The translations under genes were made by a program, and so were the position numbers. DNA of 64,000 nt, from positions 4,682-68,681 of the forward strand of contig CAJBTU010000072.1 in assembly GCA_903958625.1 (NCBI GenBank). The letters run 5' to 3'. The stretch's first letter is position 1; every line of letters starts with the position of its first letter. The DNA comes from an uncultured Ignavibacteriota bacterium (lineage in GTDB: Bacteria > Bacteroidota > Ignavibacteria > UBA10030 > UBA8401). Below the pieces are notes generated by a model. The model did not search any database. It had not been told where the DNA came from and saw only the letters and a program-made list of their open reading frames with translations. Positions 41,101 through 50,661 of the stretch are shown piece after piece.

Positions 41101-42717
41101 TTCTTCGCGGATCGGATCGATCGGCGGATTGGTCACCTGCGCGAACAATTGTTTGAAGTAATTGAACAGCGACTGCGGTTTGTCGGACAAACACGCCAGC
41201 GGCGTGTCGGTTCCCATTGAACCGATCGCCTCTTCGCCGTTCACCGCCATCGGCGTTACGATCATCCGCACATCTTCGTCGCTGTAGCCGAACATTCGTT
41301 GCCGCTGCACAATATCTTTTTCGCTCAACACGTGCGAGCGCGGAGGCTCGGCAAGCTGCTCAAGCGTTATCTGATTCTCTTTGATCCAGTTACCGTACGG
41401 CTTGCGCGAACTTAATTGCGCTTTGATCTCTTCGTCAAGAATTACCCTCTTCTGCTCAAGGTCAACCAGCAGCATTTTTCCCGGTTCAAGTCTCCCCTTC
41501 GTTTTTACCCTCTCCTGTTCGATCGGAAGCACGCCGACTTCCGATGCCATGATCAGTAATCCGTCGTGAGTTTCAATATACCGTGCGGGACGAAGTCCGT
41601 TCCGGTCCAGTGTCGCACCGATAACTTTTCCGTCGGTGAATGCGACTGCCGCCGGTCCGTCCCACGGCTCCATCAGCGACGCATGATATTCATAGAATGC
41701 TTTTTTCTCCGGCGACATGGTTACATCCATGCTCCACGCTTCGGGGATCAGCATAGACATAACGTGCGGCAGACTTCTTCCGGAGTGATACAATAATTCA
41801 ACGGCGTTATCGAGCGCGGCGGAATCGCTGCCATCGGGCTGAATGATCGGAAATAATTTTTTCATGTCGTCGCCGAACAGATCGGATTTCAAGACCGACT
41901 GGCGTGCATACATCCAGCTAACATTGCCGCGCATCGTATTGATCTCGCCGTTGTGACTCACAAATCTGAATGGATGCGCCAGGTGCCAGTTCGGCATTGT
42001 GTTGGTGGAAAAGCGCTGATGCACAAGACACAGTGCGCTTTCCGTGTCGGTATCCGACAGTTCGCTGTAGAACTGCTTGATCTGCGGAGCAAGCAGCAGT
42101 CCCTTATAGATGATCACGCGTGACGACAGCGAAGGAATATAAAAGAAATCTTTTTCTTTGATATCGGATGCATAGAGCTCGGCTTCCACCCGTTTTCGCA
42201 CTACAAACAGTTTGCGGTCGAATTCTTCCCGCGTCATTCCTTCTGCGCGGCGGATAAAGATCTGCTCTATATAAGGCTGCGAAGCGCGTGCTATGCGGCC
42301 GATCGCATCGGCACCCACTGGCGTATCTCTCCATCCGAGCACGGTCAGTTCTTCTTCCCGGACGATGCGCTCTAAAATTCCTTCGCAGATCAACCGCGAC
42401 GTTTGATTCACCGGCAGGAAGACAATGCCGACCCCATACTCCCCTTCTTCGGGAAGCGTGATGCCGATACTTTTGCATTCTTTAACGAAAAATTTGTGGG
42501 GAATCTGAATCGTTATCCCCGCACCGTCCCCTGTTTCAGGATCGCAGCCGCACGCGCCCCGGTGTGTAAGATTGATCAGGATCTCAATTCCTTTTGTGAT
42601 AACATCGTGGGACCGCTCTCCTTTGATGTTCACAATAAAACCGATCCCGCACGCATCGTGTTCGTTGCGCGGATCGTAAAGAGGAAAATTGTCCCCGTTT
42701 TGGTATGGTTCTTTCAT
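38146..42717 (-). CDS. gltB: glutamate synthase large subunit
   Basis: 1523 aa. N-terminal amidotransferase Cys (CGIGFIV), FMN and GXGXG domains. Confidence 0.9.
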   Translation of the reverse strand: MKEPYQNGDNFPLYDPRNEHDACGIGFIVNIKGERSHDVITKGIEILINLTHRGACGCDPETGDGAGITIQIPHKFFVKECKSIGITLPEEGEYGVGIVFLPVNQTSRLICEGILERIVREEELTVLGWRDTPVGADAIGRIARASQPYIEQIFIRRAEGMTREEFDRKLFVVRKRVEAELYASDIKEKDFFYIPSLSSRVIIYKGLLLAPQIKQFYSELSDTDTESALCLVHQRFSTNTMPNWHLAHPFRFVSHNGEINTMRGNVSWMYARQSVLKSDLFGDDMKKLFPIIQPDGSDSAALDNAVELLYHSGRSLPHVMSMLIPEAWSMDVTMSPEKKAFYEYHASLMEPWDGPAAVAFTDGKVIGATLDRNGLRPARYIETHDGLLIMASEVGVLPIEQERVKTKGRLEPGKMLLVDLEQKRVILDEEIKAQLSSRKPYGNWIKENQITLEQLAEPPRSHVLSEKDIVQRQRMFGYSDEDVRMIVTPMAVNGEEAIGSMGTDTPLACLSDKPQSLFNYFKQLFAQVTNPPIDPIREEFVMSLTSYIGTERNILEETPLHCHTLKLQHPILTNVELEKLRRVSQGDFLTTTLPMLFRVNGGEQELERALDGLCRRASLAIESGYSIIILSDRGSDEEYAPIPSLLAMTAVHNHLVREKTRTQVALVVESGEPREIMHYCLLIGYGASAVNPYLAIETIEDLANKGRLSKDVTAEYAVKNYKKAVGKGLLKVFSKMGISTLQSYRGAQIFEIIGLNKKVVEKYFHGTSSRIEGIGLDVLVEEARRKHEFAFQPFSQANTELDLGGNYHFRSSGERHLINPTTVTKLQQSVRKRDFKTFKEFTSALNDQNKEFFTLRGLMEFKEGTRSVHIEDVEPAKQIVKRFVTGAMSFGSISKEAHETIAIAMNRIGGKSNTGEGGEDEARFRSDANGDLRRSAIKQVASGRFGVTANYLVNADEIQIKIAQGAKPGEGGQLPGFKVDEVIAKTRHSIAGVGLISPPPHHDIYSIEDLAQLIYDLKNVNPIARISVKLVSEVGVGTVAAGVAKAHADMILISGDNGGTGASPLTSIKHAGVPWELGLAETQQVLVMNDLRSRVRLQTDGKLQTGRDVVIAALLGAEEFGFSTTPLIAMGCIMMRKCHLNTCPVGIATQDPELRKKFTGTPEHVINFFFFIADEVREIMAKLGFRTLDEMIGRVDMLQQRKDVDHWKAKGVDLSSILHQPTVPLRIGRRCMIPQDHGINEALDYQLLEQTKIALEEKKPVELSLTIRNVHRTVGALLSGRIAKYYGAEGLPESTITINFTGSAGQSFGAFLSKGVTLKLEGDANDYVGKGLSGGKIIIFPPKNSSFVPEDNSIVGNVVLYGATSGEAYFGGKAGERFAVRNSGATVVVESVGANGCEYMTNGIVVVLGKTGKNFAAGMSGGYAFVLDEDGEFATKMCNKSIVDLDALNIDDERLVQNLIKRHVDLTGSRRGERILIEWETFKMKFVKVFPHDYKRVLNAKQKMLEETVTLKKNGSDKEAVNG

Positions 42718-42719
42718 TC

Positions 42720-43247
42720 TTACACTTCTCCGACAAATTCTCTTTTTAAGGCAACGCGCCCGGTGCGGGCAATTTCCTTTATGTGGAACGGTTTCAGCAT
42801 TTTGATGATCGCATCAACCTTTTGTCCGCTTCCCGTTGATTCCACCGTCACAGTTTTATGACTGATGTCGATGATCTTGGCCTGAAAGATCTCCACGATC
42901 TGCATGATCTCCGAACGATTGTCCGGCGTTGTGCCGATCTTGATCAGCGCAAGTTCCCTCTCCATAAAACTGTCATACGTCAGATCGACAACTTTCAGCG
43001 TATCGATCAGCTTATTCAGTTGTTTAATGATCTGTTCGATGATGGCATCATCTCCGCGGGTAACAATCGTCATTCGGGAGACAGAAATATCTTCGGTCGG
43101 ACCAACGGTGATACTTTCCAGATTGTACCCTTTTGCCGAGAACATCCCTGCTACGCGGTTCAACGCGCCAAACTTATTTTCTAGCAATACGGAGATCGTA
43201 TGTTTGTGCGTTGTTTCGTTGGCGGGTATTTCTGTGCTGTTGCTCAT
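42720..43247 (-). CDS. ilvN: acetolactate synthase small (regulatory) subunit
   Basis: ACT domain [29 protein letters not shown], 175 aa. Confidence 0.85.
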   Translation of the reverse strand: MSNSTEIPANETTHKHTISVLLENKFGALNRVAGMFSAKGYNLESITVGPTEDISVSRMTIVTRGDDAIIEQIIKQLNKLIDTLKVVDLTYDSFMERELALIKIGTTPDNRSEIMQIVEIFQAKIIDISHKTVTVESTGSGQKVDAIIKMLKPFHIKEIARTGRVALKREFVGEV

Positions 43248-43250
43248 ACG

Positions 43251-45020
43251 TTATCCTTTGGTAATAGTGACCATTTCAATGTCTGATTCTTTTTCGCCGT
43301 TGATAGACACCGTCTTTTCTTCCGGCATATCGATAATTTCATGATAGGTCTGTCCCGCCGGAATCATCGGATAGACATTATCCTCTTTTACCACTTTGAA
43401 TTCTGCAAGCACCGGACCGTCAATAGTAAACATTTTATTAATAACGTCCTCCACCTCATCCGTCAGCGTTGCACGAAAACCCGGAATGCCGTACGCTTCG
43501 GCAAGTTTCACGTAATCCGGACCGAACATTTCCACTTGCGAATACCGCTTACGCCAGAACAGTTCCTGCCACTGACGGACCATTCCAAGATAACCATTGT
43601 TAAGGATAATTATTTTAATGGGCACACTGTGTTCGCGGATTGTCGCCAGTTCTTGAATATTCATCTGAAACCCTCCGTCGCCGCTGATCGAAATGACCGG
43701 AAAATCTTTTCGTGCAAACGCGGCACCCATCGATGCGGGAAGCGAAAACCCCATCGTTCCAAGTCCCCCGGATGTCAAATGCGTGCGCGGATACACGTAT
43801 TTGTAAAATTGTGCGGTCCACATTTGATGCTGCCCCACATCGCTGACGATAATGGCTTTCCCTTTGGTGATTTCAGAAATTTTTTGAATGACGTGCTGCA
43901 TCCGGATATATTTTCCGTTCCGGTAGCGAAGCGGGTGCTCTTCCTTCCAATTTTTTATTGTCTGGATCCAATCTTTTGTGTCAAGCGCTGTTACGGATGG
44001 CAGTAATTGCTGAAGCACCTTTTTCACGTCGCCGACGATCGGAACATCGACCTTAACATTCTTACTGATGTTCGACGGATCAACATCGATATGGATCTTC
44101 TTTGCTTCGGGTGCAAACGCATCCGTCTTACCTGTTACTCGGTCGTCAAACCGTGCGCCGACCGAAATTAAAAGATCGGAATAATTCACGGCGGAATTTG
44201 AATACCATGTGCCATGCATTCCCAACATGCCAAGCGAGAGTTCGTCGGTCTCCGGAAATGCGCCGAGCCCGTGCAGTGTTGTCGTCACCGGAATTTTTGT
44301 TTTGTGCGCGAACTTCGTCAACTCTTCTGAAGCGTTGGAAAGAATTGTTCCGCCGCCGACATACAGCACCGGACGTTTTGCTTTTGCAATCAAGGCGATG
44401 GCTTTGTCCAATTGTTTTTGATGTCCTTCAATGTGGGGAACGTACGAACGCATCTTCACGTTTTTCGGATAACTGAACATTGTTTTCATCGCCATAACAT
44501 CTTTAGGAAGATCGACCAGCACGGGGCCGGGCCGGCCGGTCGTAGCAACATAGAATGCTTCTTTGATCGTTGCGGCAAGCTCGTTCACATCGCGAACAAG
44601 ATAATTGTGTTTTGTGATCGGACGGGTGATGCCGACAATATCTGCTTCCTGAAAGGCATCGTTGCCGATCAGCTTCAGCGCAACTTGGCCGGTAAATACC
44701 ACGATCGGTATCGAGTCCATATATGCATCGGCAATTCCGGTCACCGTGTTCGTTGCACCCGGACCGGATGTCACAAGGGCGACACCGGGTTTGCCGCTGG
44801 CTTTTGCGTAACCTTCTGCGGCATGCACTGCGCCTTGTTCGTGCCGGGTAAGGATATGTTTGATGTCGGAAATATCGTGGAGCGCATCATAGATGCCGAT
44901 CACGGCACCGCCGGGATATCCGAAAACGATATCAACTTTTTCTTCGATCAACGATCGAACAAAGATTTCTGCGCCGGTCATTTGCCGTTGCGGAGACGGG
45001 GGAGAAGTATGTTGAGTCAT
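43251..45020 (-). CDS. ilvB: acetolactate synthase large subunit
   Basis: TPP enzyme with GYPGGAVIGIYDAL and GDGGFQMN motifs. Start at MTQHTS (45020) with AGGTG RBS. Confidence 0.9.
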   Translation of the reverse strand: MTQHTSPPSPQRQMTGAEIFVRSLIEEKVDIVFGYPGGAVIGIYDALHDISDIKHILTRHEQGAVHAAEGYAKASGKPGVALVTSGPGATNTVTGIADAYMDSIPIVVFTGQVALKLIGNDAFQEADIVGITRPITKHNYLVRDVNELAATIKEAFYVATTGRPGPVLVDLPKDVMAMKTMFSYPKNVKMRSYVPHIEGHQKQLDKAIALIAKAKRPVLYVGGGTILSNASEELTKFAHKTKIPVTTTLHGLGAFPETDELSLGMLGMHGTWYSNSAVNYSDLLISVGARFDDRVTGKTDAFAPEAKKIHIDVDPSNISKNVKVDVPIVGDVKKVLQQLLPSVTALDTKDWIQTIKNWKEEHPLRYRNGKYIRMQHVIQKISEITKGKAIIVSDVGQHQMWTAQFYKYVYPRTHLTSGGLGTMGFSLPASMGAAFARKDFPVISISGDGGFQMNIQELATIREHSVPIKIIILNNGYLGMVRQWQELFWRKRYSQVEMFGPDYVKLAEAYGIPGFRATLTDEVEDVINKMFTIDGPVLAEFKVVKEDNVYPMIPAGQTYHEIIDMPEEKTVSINGEKESDIEMVTITKG

Positions 45021-45055
45021 AGAACACCTGTTAAATAATAACAATACACAACCTC

Positions 45056-45143
45056 GGTGCAGAGGTTACGCCCTGTTATTATTTCTCACGTGTTGCTGAT
45101 TGATTTTTTTGTGATATGTTTTTTTGGGAGTAACCTCTGCGTT
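45056..45143 (-). promoter_or_regulatory. long stem-loop in ilvB 5' leader (possible attenuator element)
   Basis: 11-bp perfect inverted repeat GCAGAGGTTAC (45059-45069) / GTAACCTCTGC (45130-45140), extendable by 3 G-C pairs across one mismatch. It encloses a ~48-nt A-rich loop and lies 40 nt upstream of the ilvB ATG on the transcribed strand. Confidence 0.4.
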
Positions 45144-45146
45144 TTC

Positions 45147-45254
45147 TTAGCCGATAATAGTTAGGCGTAGAATCGCAAAAGTAATTCCCAAAAGAATAAT
45201 AATGCCGCTCAGCGGAAGAAGTGTTGCCGGCACAGCAATCGTACTAACGCGCAT
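45147..45254 (-). CDS. candidate leader peptide (35 aa, 17 Ile/Leu/Val) upstream of ilvB
   Basis: ATG...TAA minus-strand ORF encoding MRVSTIAVPATLLPLSGIIILLGITFAILRLTIIG. Its stop is 6 nt before the 5' arm of the leader hairpin. Hypothetical. Confidence 0.35.
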   Translation of the reverse strand: MRVSTIAVPATLLPLSGIIILLGITFAILRLTIIG

Positions 45255-45406
45255 GCGCTTCGAAACGATTTCTGTATGTGTGTTGTATGCGGGCATTCTT
45301 TTGTTGGTTACGTTAGAAGTGCAACTTGGTTACACATATATAAGATACCATAATCCGTTCCGTTGTCAAGAAAATATTTCGTATCTTAAAAAAAATTATT
45401 CCTTTT

Positions 45407-46792
45407 ATGGTTTATCAATCTCACGATACGATCGCGGCAATTGCTACACCGATTGGTGTTGGCGGTATATCCGTTATAAGAATTAGCGGGCCTGCGGCGT
45501 TTAATATGGCCGATGCCGTGTTCCGAGGATCTGCGGCAGCAAAAGATTCTGTCTCCCATTCAATCCACTATGGATCCGTTGTAGACCCTGTTTCACGTGA
45601 AACTATCGATACCATACTTTTGTCTGTTTTTCGTAACCCAAATTCATATACAGGCGAAGACATTGTAGAGCTAAGTTCGCATGGCGGGTATTATGTTTCG
45701 CAAAAAATTCTGTTGCTCTTGTATCATATGGGTGCCCGGCCGGCAGAACCGGGGGAGTTTACTCTTCGGGCATTCCTTAATGGTAAACTTGACCTGGCTC
45801 AAGCGGAAGCCGTTGCCGATATAATACATTCTAAGACCGAACGGGCTCACAAGGCTTCTGTTGAACAATTAAGCGGAAAACTTTCTGCGATAGTTAAAGA
45901 CCTTAGAGAGGAAATACTTAATATTTGTTCATTGCTTGAACTTGAACTGGATTTTTCGCAAGAGGGAATTGCATTAACGGACAAAAATACTGTTGTAGAA
46001 AAACTATTGCGTGTTGAAAAGAGTGTTAACAACCTCTCTGCAAGTTACCGGGAAGGGAAGATCATTAAAGAGGGAATCAGAGTGGCGCTTGTGGGAAAGC
46101 CAAACGCCGGCAAATCAAGCCTCTTGAATGTTTTATTGATGGAGGAGAGAGCAATTGTCAGCGAAATTGCCGGAACTACCAGGGACACCATCGAAGAAAG
46201 CATTCTTCTGGATGGAGTGGAATTTGTTTTTAACGATACGGCGGGTTTAAGAGAATCGATTGATACGCTTGAGCTCGAGGGTATTAAAAGAACCTCTCGG
46301 GCCATAGAGGGGGCAGACGTAATTCTTTTATTACTTGATGGTTCTCTGAATCACTCCCCGGAAGATTTAAATTTTTACAATGATCTTATTGAAAAATATC
46401 GGAATTCAAAATCCATCCTGTGGCTGATAAATAAATCTGATATCAAGACAAAATTTGTGAATCCTCTCGGGATTGACAATCCAATATGGATTTCGTGTAA
46501 AACTCACGAAGGCATTAATGCCCTTAAGAAAAGACTCCTTGAGACTTCTCTTCCTCATTATGACTCTGCGGCTGCCTCGGTAACCATAACCAGTGGCCGG
46601 CACAGGGATGCCCTCGAAAAGGCTTCTCTGTCTATAGGGTCGGCCAGAAAAACTATAGAGGGGGGCCTTGGGGGCGATTTTGCCGCGGTTGATTTAAGGG
46701 GTGCGCTCAACTATCTTGGTGAGATTATAGGAATTACCACTCCCGATGACATTCTAAACAACATTTTTTCAAACTTTTGTATAGGGAAATAA
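45407..46792 (+). CDS. mnmE: tRNA modification GTPase MnmE
   Basis: N-terminus DTIAAIATPIGVGGISVIRISG, G-domain motifs GKPNAGKSSL and DTAG, C-terminal CIGK. Confidence 0.9.
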   Translation: MVYQSHDTIAAIATPIGVGGISVIRISGPAAFNMADAVFRGSAAAKDSVSHSIHYGSVVDPVSRETIDTILLSVFRNPNSYTGEDIVELSSHGGYYVSQKILLLLYHMGARPAEPGEFTLRAFLNGKLDLAQAEAVADIIHSKTERAHKASVEQLSGKLSAIVKDLREEILNICSLLELELDFSQEGIALTDKNTVVEKLLRVEKSVNNLSASYREGKIIKEGIRVALVGKPNAGKSSLLNVLLMEERAIVSEIAGTTRDTIEESILLDGVEFVFNDTAGLRESIDTLELEGIKRTSRAIEGADVILLLLDGSLNHSPEDLNFYNDLIEKYRNSKSILWLINKSDIKTKFVNPLGIDNPIWISCKTHEGINALKKRLLETSLPHYDSAAASVTITSGRHRDALEKASLSIGSARKTIEGGLGGDFAAVDLRGALNYLGEIIGITTPDDILNNIFSNFCIGK

Positions 46793-46842
46793 TCTGTCGG
46801 ATTTTCAATGCTCCATTGCTTATCGAAGCCCCGGATTAGATG

Positions 46843-46856
46843 GTTCCACGTGAAAC
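46843..46856. promoter_or_regulatory. quasi-palindromic motif GTTCCACGTGAAAC immediately 5' of the mnmG start
   Basis: 14-mer with CACGTG core. The identical 14-mer occurs on the opposite strand at 48784-48797, directly 5' of rsmG. Confidence 0.35.
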
Positions 46857-46859
46857 ACT

Positions 46860-48749
46860 TTGCTGATAAATAACCCAAAACCATATTATGATGTAATTGT
46901 TGTCGGCGGCGGTCACGCAGGGATAGAAGCGTCCTTGGCTGCTTCCAGGATGGGCTGCTTAACTCTTTTGGTATCTCTTAAGTCTAACGCCATTGGAAGA
47001 ATGTCTTGCAATCCGGCAATCGGGGGGACCGCCAAGGGACACCTGGTTCGGGAAATAGATGCTCTGGGCGGTGAAATGGGAAAGATTGCCGACGCTACGG
47101 GAATTCAATTTAAGATGTTAAACACATCTAAGGGTCCGGCGGTTTGGTCGCCCCGGAGCCAGAACGACAGGGAGTGGTACTCAAAAGAAGCTCAGAGAAG
47201 AGTTGTCCATCAAAATAATCTGGATGTTATTGAGGACTCGGTTGCCGAAATTATCGTTAAGCTGAATACGCTAAAGGGGATTCGGACTTTCCTTCGTCAT
47301 GAAATTTCCTGCGGTGCCATGGTGCTTTGTGCGGGGACTTTTCTTAATGGTTTGATGCACACCGGCGAAAAGAATAGGGTGGGAGGAAGGTTTGGGGAAG
47401 CTCCTGCTCTTGGTGTTACCGAGAGTTTGCGCTCTCTGGGATTTTCTTCGGGAAGATTAAAAACCGGAACTCCTCCGCGTATCGATCTTAACAGTATCGA
47501 TCTTTCTAAAACAGAAATTCAAAATAGCGACAATCCCCCAATTCCTTTTTCTTACCACAATGAAAAAATATTAAACCGGTTGATTCCGATGTATTTAACG
47601 TACACAAATCCGGCAACCCATAATATTTTGGAAAAAGGTTTTGACCGCTCTCCATTGTTTACAGGTCGAATCAAGGGGGTGGGCCCCCGTTATTGTCCTT
47701 CTATTGAAGATAAGATCTTTCGATTCGCCGATAGAGATCGCCATCAGATATTTCTTGAGCCGGAGGGTTACGACACCAATGTAGTTTATGTGAACGGGTT
47801 TTCAACGAGCCTTCCGGAGGAAATTCAGTTTGAAGGAATTCGATCTATTGTCGGGCTGGAAAATTCTAAAATGATCCGGCCCGGCTATGCCGTTGAATAT
47901 GATTACTTTCCGCCGCACCAGCTGCGGCATACACTTGAAACAAAAATAGTAGCCGGGCTTTTTCTTGCCGGACAGATCAACGGAACATCGGGGTATGAAG
48001 AGGCGGCGGGACAAGGATTGATTGCAGGAATAAACGCGGCCTTAAAAATTCAAAAAAGAAATCCATTTGTTGTTCAGCGAAGCGAAGGATACATTGGTGT
48101 CATGATCGATGATCTAATTAATAAGTCTACGGACGAACCTTATCGCATGTTCACTTCGCGGGCAGAATACCGGTTGTTGTTAAGACAGGATAATGCCGAC
48201 CGTAGATTAATGCGGGCCGGCTTTGAGTTGGGATTGATTGCACAAGAAATGATTGAACGTCTTGATGAAAAAGAAAATATTGTGGAAGAAACAATTCGAT
48301 ATTTACAATCAACAACTATTTCTCCCGCAAAAATAAATCCGCTGCTTGAGTCGAAAAACGAATCGCCGATTCTCGAAAACGATCTCTTATCAAAAATTAT
48401 TCGCCGCACAAATATCGGTGTATGGGATGTTGCACAAGTGGTTGAAATTGAAAATATTAAAACAAATTTGTTGCGCGCGGATGTTGGTCAGCAGGTAGAA
48501 ATTGATATGAAGTATGAAGGTTACATTCGTCGACAAAACGAACAGATACTTCGCTTTGCAAAATTCGAGGAATATATTATTCCTGAACATTTTGATTACA
48601 CATTAATCTCTTCGCTCAGTACCGAGGGGAAGGAAAAATTACATAAAATTCGTCCCCGCTCAATCGGGCAGGCGTCAAGAATTTCGGGGGTTACCAACTC
48701 CGACATTTCTGTGCTGAGCATATTTTTAAAACAACTCGAAGGAAGGTAA
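46860..48749 (+). CDS. mnmG: tRNA uridine 5-carboxymethylaminomethyl modification enzyme MnmG
   Basis: YDVIVVGGGHAGIEA FAD motif, 629 aa. Apparent TTG start. Confidence 0.9.
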   Translation: MLINNPKPYYDVIVVGGGHAGIEASLAASRMGCLTLLVSLKSNAIGRMSCNPAIGGTAKGHLVREIDALGGEMGKIADATGIQFKMLNTSKGPAVWSPRSQNDREWYSKEAQRRVVHQNNLDVIEDSVAEIIVKLNTLKGIRTFLRHEISCGAMVLCAGTFLNGLMHTGEKNRVGGRFGEAPALGVTESLRSLGFSSGRLKTGTPPRIDLNSIDLSKTEIQNSDNPPIPFSYHNEKILNRLIPMYLTYTNPATHNILEKGFDRSPLFTGRIKGVGPRYCPSIEDKIFRFADRDRHQIFLEPEGYDTNVVYVNGFSTSLPEEIQFEGIRSIVGLENSKMIRPGYAVEYDYFPPHQLRHTLETKIVAGLFLAGQINGTSGYEEAAGQGLIAGINAALKIQKRNPFVVQRSEGYIGVMIDDLINKSTDEPYRMFTSRAEYRLLLRQDNADRRLMRAGFELGLIAQEMIERLDEKENIVEETIRYLQSTTISPAKINPLLESKNESPILENDLLSKIIRRTNIGVWDVAQVVEIENIKTNLLRADVGQQVEIDMKYEGYIRRQNEQILRFAKFEEYIIPEHFDYTLISSLSTEGKEKLHKIRPRSIGQASRISGVTNSDISVLSIFLKQLEGR

Positions 48750-48783
48750 ATCTTCGGGGTATTTTTTTTCAGTTTACCCCTCC

Positions 48784-48797
48784 GGTTTCACGTGGAA
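48784..48797. promoter_or_regulatory. second copy of motif (GTTTCACGTGGAAC, the reverse complement of GTTCCACGTGAAAC) immediately 5' of the rsmG ATG
   Basis: Ends 2 nt before the ATG at 48800. Confidence 0.35.
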
Positions 48798-48799
48798 CT

Positions 48800-49507
48800 A
48801 TGAACGAAGAAGAGCTCTGGCTATATTCTCTTTGCAAGAACAACGGTGTTGCTATAACGGACATACAAATTCGCCGTCTTTCCGCCTTCAAATCATTGCT
48901 TCTTGATTGGAACAAGAAAATCAATCTTGTTTCCCGGAAGAACGAAGAAAACATTTGGCGGGGACACATATCGCTTTCGGTTTCGTTATTGTTCAAACTA
49001 AATTTCCGGCCGCGAATGAGGATTCTCGATCTGGGAACCGGCGGCGGCTTTCCCGGTATTCCTTTGGCCATCATGCTTCCAGAATGCTCGTTCCTTCTGC
49101 TCGACTCCACTCAAAAAAAAGTGACGGCCGTGCAGTCTATGGCGGACTCGCTTGAGCTTTCAAATGTACGCTCGGCTTGGGGAAGGGCGGAAGACTTACA
49201 AAACAAGCCCGAATATTATCATACCTTTGACGCGGTCGTTGTTCGCTCGGTAAGCAATCTCACAAATCTTTTGAATTGGGGGTTACCTTTTCTTAAACAG
49301 TTTAAGGGTGAAAATATTCATTCTGAAAAGGTTACCGTGGCCGTTCCTTCTTTAATAACCTTTAAGGGGTCCGAAATTGAAGAGGAAGAACAATCGGCGA
49401 AAAATGCTTATCCCAATATTATTTTAAAGGACATACCATTAATCTTTCGCGGAAGCGAATGTTTTGATAATCTCGACAAAAAACTTATCGTCGCCCACTT
49501 GAATTAA
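48800..49507 (+). CDS. rsmG: 16S rRNA (guanine527-N7)-methyltransferase RsmG
   Basis: SAM motif ILDLGTGGGFPGIPLAI, 235 aa, follows mnmG. Confidence 0.85.
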   Translation: MNEEELWLYSLCKNNGVAITDIQIRRLSAFKSLLLDWNKKINLVSRKNEENIWRGHISLSVSLLFKLNFRPRMRILDLGTGGGFPGIPLAIMLPECSFLLLDSTQKKVTAVQSMADSLELSNVRSAWGRAEDLQNKPEYYHTFDAVVVRSVSNLTNLLNWGLPFLKQFKGENIHSEKVTVAVPSLITFKGSEIEEEEQSAKNAYPNIILKDIPLIFRGSECFDNLDKKLIVAHLN

Positions 49508-49519
49508 TCCGAGGTCGTT

Positions 49520-50476
49520 GTGGAAAATAAAGAACTCTTTTTTCAGCTGCAAAAACTCTCCACGGAACAACGCAATCCATCTTCAATGGATATTGATGCG
49601 CGTTCTGTCACAGATATTCTGACCATCATTAATAGCGAAGATAAAAAAGTTGCGCTTGCCGTTGAGACGCAGATTCCCTACATCGCCATGGCGGTTGAAC
49701 TGGTTGTTAAAGCTTTTCGAAGCGGGGGAAGATTAATCTATGTTGGGGCCGGCACAAGCGGACGCGTAGGGGTTGTCGATGCAAGCGAATGTCCTCCTAC
49801 ATTCGGCGTACCGCATGATATGGTTCAGGGTGTAATCGCCGGTGGCGAGGGGGCTATGTTCAAGGCGGTAGAGGGGGCGGAAGATAAGCCCGAGGGTGGT
49901 GCGCGCGACGTTGATGTCAAAGATGTCGGGCCAAACGATGTCGTCTGCGGCATTGCCGCAAGTATGCGCACGCCATATGTGATCGGAGCGGTGGTTCGCG
50001 CAAAAGCTCGCGGGGCAAAAACATTATATGTTACTACGAATCCCCGCACGAATTTAGATCTTCCGGAATACAGACCGCTTGCCGACGCACTTGATGTTGC
50101 CATCTGCGCCGAGGTTGGGCCCGAAGTGGTGATGGGTTCCACAAGAATGAAAAGCGGAACCGCACAGAAGATGATACTGAACATGATTACAACTGCGGCG
50201 ATGATCCGCCTCGGCAAGATCTATGAAAATATGATGATCGATCTGCAGATGACGAACAATAAATTAGTCGAAAGAGCAAAACGGGTGGTGATGACCGTTA
50301 CCGGTGTTGATTATGCGGTAGCAGAAAAACACCTGGGTGATGCCGGTGGACATGTGAAGACGGCCATTGTCATGATCAAGGCAAATGTTGGATACGATGA
50401 GGCGACAGAACGATTACGGCGGGCAAGCGGATTTGTCAGGGCTGCAATCGAAGGAAAGGAATATACCATTGCTTAA
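49520..50476 (+). CDS. murQ: N-acetylmuramic acid 6-phosphate etherase
   Basis: SIS domain GRLIYVGAGTSGRVGVVDASECPPTFG, 318 aa. Confidence 0.85.
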   Translation: MENKELFFQLQKLSTEQRNPSSMDIDARSVTDILTIINSEDKKVALAVETQIPYIAMAVELVVKAFRSGGRLIYVGAGTSGRVGVVDASECPPTFGVPHDMVQGVIAGGEGAMFKAVEGAEDKPEGGARDVDVKDVGPNDVVCGIAASMRTPYVIGAVVRAKARGAKTLYVTTNPRTNLDLPEYRPLADALDVAICAEVGPEVVMGSTRMKSGTAQKMILNMITTAAMIRLGKIYENMMIDLQMTNNKLVERAKRVVMTVTGVDYAVAEKHLGDAGGHVKTAIVMIKANVGYDEATERLRRASGFVRAAIEGKEYTIA

Positions 50477-50579
50477 TCTTCGCCGTTCTTCCCGGCCTTA
50501 AAAGCCAACGCTATTCGCCTCCAAAATACTCTGCGATTTTATCCGCCGAAGGTTTACCTTTTTTGTCAACGCAAATTTC

Positions 50580-50608
50580 TTGACTACAATATTTGCCGTT
50601 TTTAATTT
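50580..50608 (+). promoter_or_regulatory. candidate sigma70-like promoter for spoVG
   Basis: TTGACT, 17-nt spacer, TAATTT. Strong SD GGAGG 5 nt before the ATG at 50662. Confidence 0.35.
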
Positions 50609-50661
50609 TGCCTCAACATTGTTCCACTAATTAACTTTTTCAAACAAATGTTGGAGGCATT

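Noticed and set aside
45202-45486. 94-aa plus-strand ORF (MPLSGRSVAGTAIV...) in the ilvB/mnmE intergenic region
   Set aside because: No recognisable motif. It overlaps the mnmE start. It is the antisense image of the far more interpretable minus-strand leader ORF and hairpin.
48725-48768. Possible weak terminator overlapping the mnmG stop (CGAAGG...CTTCGGGG then TATTTTTTTT)
   Set aside because: The stem is only 5-6 bp and overlaps the coding end, and rsmG follows at 48800 in the same orientation. It is more likely a U-rich spacer than a functional terminator.
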